64,000 nucleotides of DNA, taken from contig CAUVXB020000002.1 in assembly GCA_963555825.3 (NCBI GenBank), positions 3,424,001-3,488,000 on the forward strand. The letters run 5' to 3'. Made by a program: the position numbers and the translations under genes. The notes beneath the pieces are model-generated. The model was not told the DNA's origin and searched no databases. It was given only the letters and a program-made list of their open reading frames with translations. Below, piece after piece: positions 10,269-20,338 of this stretch (position 1 is the first letter of the stretch; each line of letters begins with the position of its first letter). This DNA comes from Alphaproteobacteria bacterium (GTDB lineage: Bacteria > Pseudomonadota > Alphaproteobacteria > JAAXGF01).

Positions 10269-12266
10269 ATGCCTCTTTTGCTCGGCATAGATACCGGCGG
10301 CACCTACACCGACGCGGTGCTGTTCGATGACGAAACCGGCGTCGTGGCGACCGCCAAGTCGCTGACCACCCGCCACGACCTCTCGGTCGGCATCGGCCAA
10401 TCGATCGACGCCGTTGTGGCGCAGTCGGGCATCGCGCCTTCCGAGATCGCGCTGGTTTCGCTGTCGACGACGCTGGCGACCAACGCCCTGGTCGAGGGCC
10501 AGGGCGGCCGTGTCTGCCTGGTGCTCGTCGGCTTCGCCGCGTCGGCGCTTTCGAAATACGGCCTGGCGGCGACCATGAAGGACAGCCCGGTCATTCTGCT
10601 CGACGGCGGCCATGACGCGCATGGCCAGCCGTTGTGCCCGCTCGACGCGGGTTCCCTCAAGGCCCAGCTCGACGCACTCGAGGGGCAGGTCTCGGGCTTC
10701 GCGGTCGTCGGCCGCTTCGCGGTGCGCAACCCGGCGCATGAAATCGCGGCGCGTGAGGTGATCCGCGATGTGACCGGCCGGCCGGTCACCTGCTCACACG
10801 AGCTTTCGAGCAAACTCGATGGCCCCAAGCGTGCCCTGACCTGCGTGCTGAACGCGCGGCTCATCAATCTGATCCACCACCTGATCGGCGCCACTGAGTC
10901 CCTGTTCGACACGCGCGGCATCGATGCGGCGCTGATGGTGGTGCAAGGCGATGGCGCGCTGATCTCGGCCGAGGTCGCCAAGGTCAAGCCGATCGAGACC
11001 ATCCTCTCGGGCCCGGCGGCCAGCTTGGTCGGCGCCGCCTATCTGACCGGCGCGAAGGACGCCGTTGTGTCCGACATCGGCGGCACGACGACCGATATCG
11101 CGATCCTCACCGACGGCCAGCCGCGCCTCGATACCGATGGCGCGACGGTCGGCGGCTGGCGGACCATGGTCGAGGCGGTCGACATGCACACCATCGGGCT
11201 CGGCGGCGACAGCGACGTACAGACGCTGCAGGTCGGCTTGCAGACGACCCTGAAGCTCGGGCCGCGGCGGCTGGTTCCGCTGAGCCTCTTCGCTGCCCAA
11301 CATGCGGACCTCGTCCACGGCACGCTCGATCGGCAGCTCAAGAAGCCGCGCGTCGACGAAACGGACGGGCGGTTCGCCATGGCGGTGGGCCGCGAGAGCG
11401 CCCATCTGGCTGCGTTGCAGCCGGGCGAGACGGAACTTCTCGAGCTGCTGCTGGCCGACCCGCTTCCGCTCGGCTCGGTCATGACCAGTCCGCGCCGTCG
11501 GCGGGCGCTCGATCACCTGGTCGCCTGCGGGTTGGCGATGGTGTCGGGCCTGACGCCGAGCGACGCGGCCCATGTGCTCGGCAAGCATGACGCGTGGGAC
11601 GCCGACGCCGCGCGCAAGGCGGCGACCCTGTTCGCGCGCAAGAAGGACAGCCTGGGCACGGCCATCGCGCCCAACGCCGAGGCGCTGAGCGCCTGGATCA
11701 TCGACACGCTGATTCGGACCTCGGCCGAAACCCTGCTCGAAACCAGTCTGGCGAACGACCGCTTCGCGGCGACGCATATGGCAGGCGTCCTGCTGGCCGC
11801 CTCGGTGCGCGACGATCCCGGCCGACTGATCGATTTCCAACTGCGCCTGAGCGTGCCGCTGATCGGCCTCGGGGCCGCCGCGCCGAGTTATTACCCCGAG
11901 GTCGCCGACCGGCTGCGGACCACGGCGCTGATACCCGAACACGCCGATGTCGCGAATGCGATCGGCGCGGTGGTCGGCCATGTCCGGGTGACGGCGGAAG
12001 CCCTGATCGCGCAGATCGAGGAAGGCGTTTTCCGCCTCTACATGGCCGACGCGCCGAACGACTTCACCTCGCTCGACGCCGCCGTGTCGTTCAGCGAACA
12101 GGCATTGACCGCCGATGCCCGCCGCCGCGCCATCGAGGCCGGCGCTGGCGACATCGAGATCAGGCTGAGCCGCAAGGACAACGCGGCGATCGTCGAAGGC
12201 CGCGAAATTCTCGTCGATTGTCTGGTCAAGGCGACGGCCTCGGGCCGCCCGCGCGTCGCCGTGTAG
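10269..12266 (+). CDS. Hydantoinase/oxoprolinase family protein
   Basis: LGIDTGGTYTDAV, STTLATNALVEG, ETILSGPAAS, DIGGTTTDI, GLGGDS. Confidence 0.92.
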   Translation: MPLLLGIDTGGTYTDAVLFDDETGVVATAKSLTTRHDLSVGIGQSIDAVVAQSGIAPSEIALVSLSTTLATNALVEGQGGRVCLVLVGFAASALSKYGLAATMKDSPVILLDGGHDAHGQPLCPLDAGSLKAQLDALEGQVSGFAVVGRFAVRNPAHEIAAREVIRDVTGRPVTCSHELSSKLDGPKRALTCVLNARLINLIHHLIGATESLFDTRGIDAALMVVQGDGALISAEVAKVKPIETILSGPAASLVGAAYLTGAKDAVVSDIGGTTTDIAILTDGQPRLDTDGATVGGWRTMVEAVDMHTIGLGGDSDVQTLQVGLQTTLKLGPRRLVPLSLFAAQHADLVHGTLDRQLKKPRVDETDGRFAMAVGRESAHLAALQPGETELLELLLADPLPLGSVMTSPRRRRALDHLVACGLAMVSGLTPSDAAHVLGKHDAWDADAARKAATLFARKKDSLGTAIAPNAEALSAWIIDTLIRTSAETLLETSLANDRFAATHMAGVLLAASVRDDPGRLIDFQLRLSVPLIGLGAAAPSYYPEVADRLRTTALIPEHADVANAIGAVVGHVRVTAEALIAQIEEGVFRLYMADAPNDFTSLDAAVSFSEQALTADARRRAIEAGAGDIEIRLSRKDNAAIVEGREILVDCLVKATASGRPRVAV

Positions 12267-12362
12267 CACTCGGCCGGCCTGGCGTTCGGCAACCATGGAA
12301 CGGCCCTCTAAAGCGAGCTAAGGTTCGGCTGTCGATGCTAACCGGGCCGAGGGGAACCCGCC

Positions 12363-13433
12363 ATGATGAGCATGCCGAACGACGCGCGTCTCGACGACCT
12401 GGTCGCGGCGATCAAGACCCTGCTGGCGAGCCAGGGCCGCATCTACATGCATTTTGCCGAGGCGACCATCGAGCGCTTCGGCCGCGACGGCGAGATGACC
12501 GTGCGGCTCGGCCTGCGCGCCTACGGGCAGTGGCGCGGTGGCGAGATGCGCGCGGCGCATCACGCGCTCGGCAAGGACATCAGCATGGCGACGCTGATCG
12601 GCTGCTGGGACAACGCCAGCACTTACGTGATCAAGGACGACATGGACGAGAGCGGCACCTTCGAGCCGTGCAACGTCCGCTTCGATGTGCCCTACTGCCC
12701 GGCCGCCGAGGCGTGGCAGGACGCCGAGTTCTTCCAGTGGGGCCACGTCTACTGCGACGAATTCCACCAGGCCTGCGCCTCGGCCTACCACCCGGACGGC
12801 AACGTGGTCATCCCGCAGAACATGATGAAGGGCGACGACCATTGCCATTTCCAGTGGATCATGCCGCCCGGCGCCGAGGCCCTCGAGCTGGGCGAGTCCG
12901 ACGCGCTTGGCCGCAAGCTGGCGCGCGACTACCAGCCGTCGGGCGAACTCGAGGACGCCTGGCTCGCGCTGAAGCGCAGCAACCGCCTGCTCGGCGGCCA
13001 TTACTTCACCCTGGCCCGGCCGCTGATCGAGCGCCACGGCGATGCGGGCCGCGCGGCCGTCGTCGACGCGCTGGAGCGCTGGGGCGCAGAGCGCGGCCGC
13101 CTGCTCAGGCAACGCCACGAGACGGCCGGCATCGAGGCCGGCCTCGCCGCATTCGTCCGCCACCACGACCTGCCGCTGGCCCTGGTCTGGGAGTCGGCCG
13201 AGGTCGAGGCCTCGGCCGCACGCGTCGTCGTCGAGATCGGCGACACCCCCCAGGACGACGCCTGGGCCGACGCCGACGTCCGCGAGCTCGGCGCGCTGTG
13301 GTACGAGACCGTCTACCCGGCCATGGTCGCCGCCTACCTGCCCGGCGCCGGCGCCCATTGGGCGAGCCTGCGCGCCCGCGGCGACGCCGTCAGCCGTCTC
13401 GAGCTGAGCAACCCCGGCGGTCCGGACGCGTAA
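12363..13433 (+). CDS. Tandem L-2-amino-thiazoline-4-carboxylate hydrolase-like (ATC hydrolase) domain protein
   Basis: Two repeats of IERFG/IERHG..G..RG; CPAAEAW, YCDE, MMKGDDHCHF in the first repeat. Confidence 0.6.
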   Translation: MMSMPNDARLDDLVAAIKTLLASQGRIYMHFAEATIERFGRDGEMTVRLGLRAYGQWRGGEMRAAHHALGKDISMATLIGCWDNASTYVIKDDMDESGTFEPCNVRFDVPYCPAAEAWQDAEFFQWGHVYCDEFHQACASAYHPDGNVVIPQNMMKGDDHCHFQWIMPPGAEALELGESDALGRKLARDYQPSGELEDAWLALKRSNRLLGGHYFTLARPLIERHGDAGRAAVVDALERWGAERGRLLRQRHETAGIEAGLAAFVRHHDLPLALVWESAEVEASAARVVVEIGDTPQDDAWADADVRELGALWYETVYPAMVAAYLPGAGAHWASLRARGDAVSRLELSNPGGPDA

Positions 13434-14173
13434 TTCTCGGGCCGTGGCCGATGGCCGCACGGATCATCGGACGCTCGGATGCCTTCTCCCCGACCCGAAC
13501 CGGACGGTCAACGCACCATCGATCAAGGCGTAACCCAACGTCGGCGCATGGCACCATCGATCCGCTTCGAGACGGCCTGCCCATGACTGCTCAGGCCAAT
13601 GAGGCGACATCCCAACTCGGACATTCGGCGCTTTGGATATTTGATATCTTCTTCATGATACCGTGCCGCCCCGATCGGCTGATCAAAGGGATGAGTGTCG
13701 ACCGGGATGTTCAAGGCGCGACGAAATTTCATGGCGACGTGATTGGGGAGTTACGATGCGAATTTTCAGTCTTTCACTTCTAACGTTTCTCATTTCTTCG
13801 ACTGTGCTGTCCGCTGAGGTTCAGGACGTACTATCCCGTGGAGAGACCACGCGGCTGTTGGTTGAACAGGGAGACAACCCGTGGGTCACGGTGGTCCTGT
13901 TTGCCGGCGGCAAGGGGGTGATGAAGATCTCAGAGAGCGGCAGTTTGGGATGGGGAAGTGGAAACTTCCTTATCCGCTCCCGACAGCACTTCTTAAATCA
14001 TGGTGCCATTACCGCCGTCATCGACGCGCCGACAGACAAGAGATATGGCCTTCATGGGTTCAGGAGCACTGAGGATCACGCCAAGGACGTCGGCACAGTG
14101 GTCAAGCACCTGCGGGCGGAATTCGGACTGAGTCGGACCCGATTTCCTTGGACACAGAATTGGCTTAATCGAA

Positions 14174-14605
14174 GTGTCCAAGGAGGACCGGAACATGACC
14201 GACAATTTTGAGAACAAAGTTGCTGTTGATGGGCCTGTGGTAAACGAGGGCGAGCTTGGCTCGTCCACGTTTTCCCCGGGCCAGGTTTCGCCGGCAGGCC
14301 CGCTGGGACTTGGCCAGCGGTGGACGGTGACGCGCAAGCGTGAGGTTGCCCTGCGGCTTTTGCGTGGCGAGCCGGTGGAACTTTTGTCGCGGCAGTTGGG
14401 CGTGGAGATTTTCCGGCTCGAGCAGTGGCGTGAGAAGGCGATCGCCGGGATCGATGCCTCGCTCAAGGAACGCAAGGGCGATCCGGTGAAGGCGGAACTG
14501 GACATCGCCATGAAGCGGATCGGGGAGTTGATCATGCAGGTGGAACTGCTGGAGGCCAAGACGGAGACGTCCGGCCCTTTGGGGCGGCGGAGGTCGCGGC
14601 GATGA
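14174..14605 (+). CDS. Transposase OrfA (HTH)
   Basis: RWTVTRKREVALRLLRGE; ATGA overlap with OrfB. Confidence 0.8.
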   Translation: MSKEDRNMTDNFENKVAVDGPVVNEGELGSSTFSPGQVSPAGPLGLGQRWTVTRKREVALRLLRGEPVELLSRQLGVEIFRLEQWREKAIAGIDASLKERKGDPVKAELDIAMKRIGELIMQVELLEAKTETSGPLGRRRSRR

Positions 14606-15513
14606 GTGCCGCCACCTCTCCCGGCACGGGTTTGGCCTACGGCCTCCAGCGGGTCTGTGCGGCCTGGGGTTTTGCCCGTTCCTCGTTCTACGCCATGAAA
14701 TCCCGGCAGCAGGCCACCGCTGAGCGCCCACCAGCAAAGCGCCGGGGACCGAAGCCCTCGATCTCGGACGAGGCTCTGCTGGTGGCCATCGAGGCCGACC
14801 TGGAGGCATCCCCCTGGGAGGGCGAGGGACACCGCAAGGTCTGGGCTCGGCTTCGGGTCTGTCGTGGCATCCGTGTTTCCCGCAAGCGGGGGCTCCGGGT
14901 GATGCGCGAGAACAACCTGCTCTCGCCCCATCGCTGCCGCCGCCGTGGCGGAAATCCCCATGTCGGTGAGATCATCACCCATGCCCCCAACCTCATGTGG
15001 GGCACGGACGGCGTTCGGGTGTTCACGGTGGACGACGGCTGGGGCTGGATATTCACCGCCATCGAGCATTGGAACGCCGAGTGCGTCGGCTGGCATGTGT
15101 GCAAGCGAGGCGACCGCTTCGCCGCCCTTCAGCCGATCTCCATGGGGCTTGCGAGGCTGTATGCCTCGACCTCCGCCGGTGCGGCGCGGGGGCTGGCCTT
15201 GCGGATGGATCACGGCTCCCAGTATCTGTCGGACCACTTCACCAACCAGATCAAGTTCTGGGGCATCCAGCCGTCCTACGCCTTCGTCGAACAGCCCCAG
15301 ACCAACGGCGTCGCCGAGAGGTTCAATCGCACGCTCAAGGAACAGATCATCCATGGCCGCATCTACCGCAACATCGCGGAGCTGCGGAACGCCGTCCGCG
15401 GGTTCGTCGAACAGTACAATGCCCAGTGGATCGTGGAGAAGAACGGCTACCTGAGCCCCGCTCAAGCTCGTCAGGCGTGGCACACCGCGATGTCACTCAG
15501 GCCCGCCGCATGA
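14602..15513 (+). CDS. Transposase OrfB (rve/DDE integrase core)
   Basis: WGTD, DHGSQY, PQTNGVAERFNRTLKE. Confidence 0.9.
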   Translation: MSAATSPGTGLAYGLQRVCAAWGFARSSFYAMKSRQQATAERPPAKRRGPKPSISDEALLVAIEADLEASPWEGEGHRKVWARLRVCRGIRVSRKRGLRVMRENNLLSPHRCRRRGGNPHVGEIITHAPNLMWGTDGVRVFTVDDGWGWIFTAIEHWNAECVGWHVCKRGDRFAALQPISMGLARLYASTSAGAARGLALRMDHGSQYLSDHFTNQIKFWGIQPSYAFVEQPQTNGVAERFNRTLKEQIIHGRIYRNIAELRNAVRGFVEQYNAQWIVEKNGYLSPAQARQAWHTAMSLRPAA

Positions 15514-16398
15514 GACAAACTTGTGTCCAAGGAACCGGGTGCGATACAGGCGGAATTCGGACTTCCGGTGTGGCTGATTGGCACCAGCCGGGGCACTAAT
15601 TCGGTGGCAAATTCGGCGCTGCGGTTATCGTCGGACAAGCCCGACGGCATCGTACTTACAGCCAGCATGCTGGCGTACAACTCCCGGTGGGGTGGCGATT
15701 ACCTGCTTACGATGGATTTAGAAAAAATAGAGATGCCGGTGTTGATCGCACATCACCGAAAGGACGCATGTTCGGTTACTCCGCCCGGCCTGGTTGGTGA
15801 ACTAAAGGCAAGACTGGAACACGCCGAGCCGTTGGCCGTAATGTGGTACGAGGGCGGCAGCGGCGTAAAAGGCAAGGTCTGTCAGGCCTTCCATCACCAC
15901 GGTTTCGCGGGCATCGAGGAAAGGGTGGTTTCGGACATCATGGGTTGGATCAAATCGCGATCACCCTAGCTCGTTCCCTGATGTCGCCCTGGCTGTGGAC
16001 GGACCATCGAAACGCTGAACCTCGACGTCCGTTTCACGCCTGATAGCCGACGCTAGCGCAGCGAAAATTCCAATCTAACCCTGTGATGTCCGGTTCCCGC
16101 GAGAAAGCAGACGCCGGAAGCGTCGCCGCCTAACGTCCGCTGGTGACCCATCCCGGAGATTCGCTATACCTTCAACAGCTTTTCAGAGCAATCGCTTTAC
16201 GTACTGCTTCTTTCTCTCCGCGCACATTTGCCAATTCAGATGCTTCCATTCCGTCGCCTTGACCGAACCCCCACCAGAATGCCTGCATTTGACTCGACTT
16301 AACTCTCTGCTCTTGCGCGACAACCAATTGATTTTCTCTCCTCGCTAATGAATCCAATTCCACCGATAATTTCGAACATTCAAATTCCTCATATCTAA

Positions 16399-17573
16399 TG
16401 CCAGTGAGCGCCTGAATTGACTCTCGGGATATTCATTGATGGCGGATGATGGCGGATTGTGATTCTATGGTCTCCCACCAGATGTGGGGGATGTCATGGG
16501 ATCAGCACTCAAGATACGGGATGATTTGACGCCTTTGGAGCTTCGGCGCTGGGCTCGCGTGGAATCGTACGGTCGAGCGGCGGCGCGGGCCTATGGGATC
16601 GCGAATGCTTTGGAGGAGATGCCCCGGGCTGATGCCGCGCGGCTTGCGGGGATGGATCGCCAAACGCTTCGCGACGCGGTTGTTCGTTACAATGCAAAGG
16701 GATTGGAGGGGCTTCACGACCGTCCAAAGGGCTACTCGCCGCGGCGGCTGACGGCAGACGAGGAAGCGGCGCTGGCGGCGGTCATCATCGCCGGGCCGGA
16801 GCCTGAGCGCGACGGGGTTTGCGCCTGGACCCGGGCCGATCTGTGCCGCTGGCTGGAGGAGCGCTTCGCCAAGACCTACCACCCCTCGAGCATGACCCGG
16901 GTTCTACGGCGGATGGGATTTTCCCGCCAGAAGGCGCGCCCGAGCCACCCGCGAAGGGACGCCGAAGCGCAGGAGCGCTTCAAAAAAGGGGGCTTCGCGA
17001 CATCCTGAAGGCGACCGCCGCGGCGCATCCCGACAAGCGCCTACAGCTGTGGTTTCAGGATGAAGCGCGCGTCGGCAACAAGGGCCGGGTGTGTCACCGG
17101 TGGTGGCGCAGGGGCGAGCGTGCCCCCGGGACGCGTCAAATCGGCTACCAGTGGGCCTACATCTTCTCCGCCGTGCGCCCGGACACCGGCGACGACGTCA
17201 CCCTGGTGATGCCGAGCGTCAACGCCAAGGTCATGGACCTGTTTCTCGCACACTTCGCCGATACCCTGGACCAGGATGCGCACGCCGTCATGATGTGCGA
17301 CGGCGCCGGTTGGCACGACGAGCGCGCCCTCACCGTCCCCGACAACGTCACCTTGGCGCTGTTGCCGCCTTACAGTCCCGAACTCAACCCCGTCGAGCGG
17401 GTTTGGCTCTACCTACGCGAACGCTTCCTATCGCTCCGCGTCCTCGACGACACCGAGGCCATCATCGACGCCTGTTGCCAAGCATGGATCGACCTCATCG
17501 CAGAACCGGATCGTATGCGAACCCTCTGCGCCTATCCATGGATCATGAAGGTGATTTCATAGGCTCACTGGTA
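16399..17573 (+). mobile_element. IS630-family element (type A, 1175 bp)
   Basis: Ends TGCCAGTGAG / CTCACTGGTA, flanked by TAA on both sides; two ORFs. Confidence 0.92.
16496..17562 (+). CDS. IS630 transposase, two ORFs probably joined by a -1 frameshift
   Basis: HTH ORF to 17008 and DDE ORF (FQDEARVG, DGAGWH, LPPYSPELNPVE) overlap at AAAAAAGGGGG (~16982). Confidence 0.88.
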
Positions 17574-17763
17574 TAAGGCCTGAGGTTTATGAACCCGTAA
17601 TTTGCGATGCTGGTGTGGGCATATTTATACACCCTGCCAAAGAAATAGGCCCAATCGCCGCACCGACCAGAATGATAGCCTTCACATTCATTTCTTTTCT
17701 CCTTTCGTGACCCCTCCCTATCTCGCCAATCCGCCACACGGCCGTCAAGAAGAATAGATCGGG

Positions 17764-18027
17764 CTACAGGACGAACAGCCGCCCTTTTCCCTCATTGACC
17801 GCGATTGTGGCATCCAGAAGGTCTGCGAGTTCGTCAAGGCGCTCGTGGGGTGCTTTCACGGCCTGTTCCATGAGGCCCTCCATGACGGATTCCCATCCGC
17901 AATCCTCGACGAGGCATTCGATAGCTGAAATGTGGTTGATGGTCATGGAGAAAGCATTGCAGAAACCGCTATGCGACTCTGGGCGGAGGGTCTCCAAGCT
18001 GAGCATCCCACCGGTGAAGCGGACCAA
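17764..18027 (-). CDS. Hypothetical protein (possibly 5'-truncated by IS630)
   Basis: 87-aa ORF with non-shadow composition next to the CTAG insertion site. Confidence 0.35.
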   Translation of the reverse strand: MVRFTGGMLSLETLRPESHSGFCNAFSMTINHISAIECLVEDCGWESVMEGLMEQAVKAPHERLDELADLLDATIAVNEGKGRLFVL

Positions 18028-18055
18028 ATTCTGTTGAGAGTTTGACGCTTGTTAG

Positions 18056-19240
18056 CTAGTGTCCTGATCGATAAATTGATATGATTATGTCTCTATTTGT
18101 TTTTAGGAGGCGCGATTGATGGCGAGAGTGGCGGTGACGATCTCTTTGAGCGATGACGAGCGCGCCGAATTGGAGGCGCTGTCTCGTCGTCGCAAGACGT
18201 CGCAGGGGCTTGCGCGGCGGGCTCGGATCGTCTTGGCGGCGGCGGAAGGGTTGGAGAACAAGGAGATCGCCGTTCGTCTCGAGGCGAGCGCGGACACCGT
18301 GGGCAAGTGGCGTCGCCGCTATGCGGCGGAGGGCCTCGACGGTCTGTACGACGAACCCCGCCCCGGCGCGCCGCGTCAAATCGGCGATGACGCCATCGCG
18401 GAAGCGGTCCGGCTGACGCTGGAAGAGACGCCGCCGGACGCGACCCATTGGAGCCTTCGCTCGATGGCGCGGGCGAGCGGCCACGCGCCCTCGACCATTC
18501 ATCGCATCTGGCGGGCCTTCGGCTTGCAGCCGCATCGCTCGGAGACCTTCAAGCTGTCGAGCGATCCCTTCTTCGTGGAGAAGGTCCGCGACATCGTCGG
18601 TCTGTATTTGGCGCCGCCGGATCGTGCCCTGGTTCTCTGTGTCGACGAAAAGAGCCAGATCCAGGCCCTGGACCGTTCCCAGCCCCTCTTGCCGATGCGC
18701 CCCGGGCAGGCGGAGCGGCGCAGCCACGACTACAAGCGCCACGGCACGACCTCTCTCTTCGCGGCCCTCGACATCGCCACGGGAGAGATCATCGGCAAAT
18801 GTTTCCCGCGCCATCGGGCCCGAGAGTTCCGCAAATTCCTCGACCTCGTCGAGGCGAACGTCCCTGCTGATCTCGACATCCACATCGTCATGGACAACTA
18901 CGGGACCCACAAGACCAAGGCGATCCGCGACTGGTTCGCCAAACGGCCGCGCTGGCAGGCCCATTTCACACCCACCAGCGCCTCCTGGCTGAACCAGGTC
19001 GAGCGCTGGTTCGGGCTGCTGACCGACAAGCAGATCAGGCGCGGCGTCCATCGCTCCACCAAGGAGTTGGAGCGCACCATCCTCGACTACATCGACACGA
19101 CAAACCAGAACCCCAAACCCTTCAAATGGACCAAATCCGCCGATGACATCCTCGGCGCCATCCAGCGCTTCTGCCTCCGAACAATCGAAATCGCTGAACA
19201 GCAGGCGAAAATCATGCGAACTTCGGAATCGGGACACTAG
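18056..19240 (+). mobile_element. IS630-family element (type B)
   Basis: CTAGTGTCCTGAT...ATCGGGACACTAG inverted ends. Confidence 0.9.
18116..19240 (+). CDS. IS630 transposase (single ORF)
   Basis: [38 protein letters not shown]. Confidence 0.93.
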   Translation: MMARVAVTISLSDDERAELEALSRRRKTSQGLARRARIVLAAAEGLENKEIAVRLEASADTVGKWRRRYAAEGLDGLYDEPRPGAPRQIGDDAIAEAVRLTLEETPPDATHWSLRSMARASGHAPSTIHRIWRAFGLQPHRSETFKLSSDPFFVEKVRDIVGLYLAPPDRALVLCVDEKSQIQALDRSQPLLPMRPGQAERRSHDYKRHGTTSLFAALDIATGEIIGKCFPRHRAREFRKFLDLVEANVPADLDIHIVMDNYGTHKTKAIRDWFAKRPRWQAHFTPTSASWLNQVERWFGLLTDKQIRRGVHRSTKELERTILDYIDTTNQNPKPFKWTKSADDILGAIQRFCLRTIEIAEQQAKIMRTSESGH

Positions 19241-20292
19241 CGCGTCTTCCGATCTGATTGAGTCTTAAGGGATTCCCTTTTGGTCGGTTTTGTGATTCAT
19301 CCTACGTGCTGGGATAGGAGGCCAGCATGTATGGTGAAGAGCCTTTCTGACGATCTTCGTGTGCGGGTGGTCGAAGCGGTCGATGCGGGAGCCTCCCGCC
19401 GCCAGGCGGCATCGCGATTTGGGGTGAGTGTATCGAGCACGATCCGTTGGGTTCGCAGATGGCGTGATCGTGGCGAAGTTGGCGCCAGGCCGCAGGGCGG
19501 CGATCGTCGCTCGGGTCGGATCGAGGCGCAGGCCGGCTTTATTCTGGCTGCGGTGGAAGAGAGACCGGATGTGACGCTGGCCGAGCTGCAAGCTTTGCTG
19601 CTTGAGCGCGGCGTCTCGGTGGGCATCGGTAGCTTGTGGCGGTTCTTCGAGCGCCGGGGGATCAGCTTCAAAAAAAACCGCGCACGCCGCCGAGCAAGAT
19701 CGGCCTGACGTGGTGGCGCGCCGGCTGGTCTGGCTCGCCTGGCAAGCCGATCTCGATCCCCACCGGTTGGTGTTCATCGATGAGACCGGCGCCTCGACCA
19801 AGATGGCGCGCCTGCGTGGCCGGGCCAAGCGTCGGACGCGCTGCCGCGCCGCGGTGCCCCATGGCCATTGGAAGACAACCACCTTCACCGCCGGTCTGCG
19901 CATGGGTGATCTCACCGCTCCCATGCTCCTCGACGGGCCGATGAACGGGGCTGCCTTCCTCGCCTATGTGACCCACGTCCTGGCTCCCACACTGACGCCG
20001 GGCGATCTGGTGATTATGGACAACCTGCCCGCCCACAAGGTCTCCGGTGTGAAAGAGGCCATCGAGACGGCTGGCGCCAGACGCGTTTTCCTGCCGCCGT
20101 ACTCACCCGACTTCAATCCCATCGAACAAGCCTTCGCAAAGCTCAAGGCCTTCCTCAGAAAGACCGCCGCCCGCAGCGTCGATGATCTCTGGGCCGCCAT
20201 CGCCGAGGCAATCGAGCTATTCCCGCCAGCGGAATGCGCAAACTTCTTCGCTAACTCAGGGTATAAGCCTAATTGATCGGAAAACGATCTAG
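19237..20292 (+). mobile_element. IS630-family element (type C)
   Basis: CTAGCGCGTCTTCCGATC...GATCGGAAAACGATCTAG ends; shares a CTAG with the type B element. Confidence 0.88.
19331..20276 (+). CDS. IS630 transposase, two ORFs with A8 slippery site
   Basis: [12 protein letters not shown]; TTCAAAAAAAAC near 19670; [29 protein letters not shown]. Confidence 0.88.
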
Positions 20293-20338
20293 CGTGAAGG
20301 TGTCGTCCTTCGAGGCGTAGGCCGACGTGCCCCGACGC

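Larger units (their letters stand above)
14129..15548 (+). mobile_element. IS3/IS481-like element, intact copy (1420 bp)
   Basis: TG...CA ends with TIR core TTCCTTGGACACA; 14-bp TSD GGCGGAATTCGGAC (14115-14128, 15549-15562). Confidence 0.9.
13756..15969 (+). pseudogene. Secreted alpha/beta hydrolase split by an IS
   Basis: 13756-14128 + 15563-15969 rejoin in frame (259 aa): signal-like N-terminus, LFAGG, WLIGTSRG nucleophile elbow, HHGFAG. Confidence 0.85.
16172..17691 (-). pseudogene. Small lipoprotein gene with premature stop, split by IS630
   Basis: AAGGAG RBS, ATG 17691, lipobox LAGC, TAA at codon 35; frame continues across the IS into ORF 16172-16363. Confidence 0.7.

Noticed and set aside
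11594-13783. 729-aa ORF and other long Arg/Ala/Gly-rich overlapping ORFs (e.g. 4589-5812, 10794-12296, 26868-28256, 57880-59265)
   Set aside because: Shadow frames of real genes in GC-rich DNA; no recognisable motifs.
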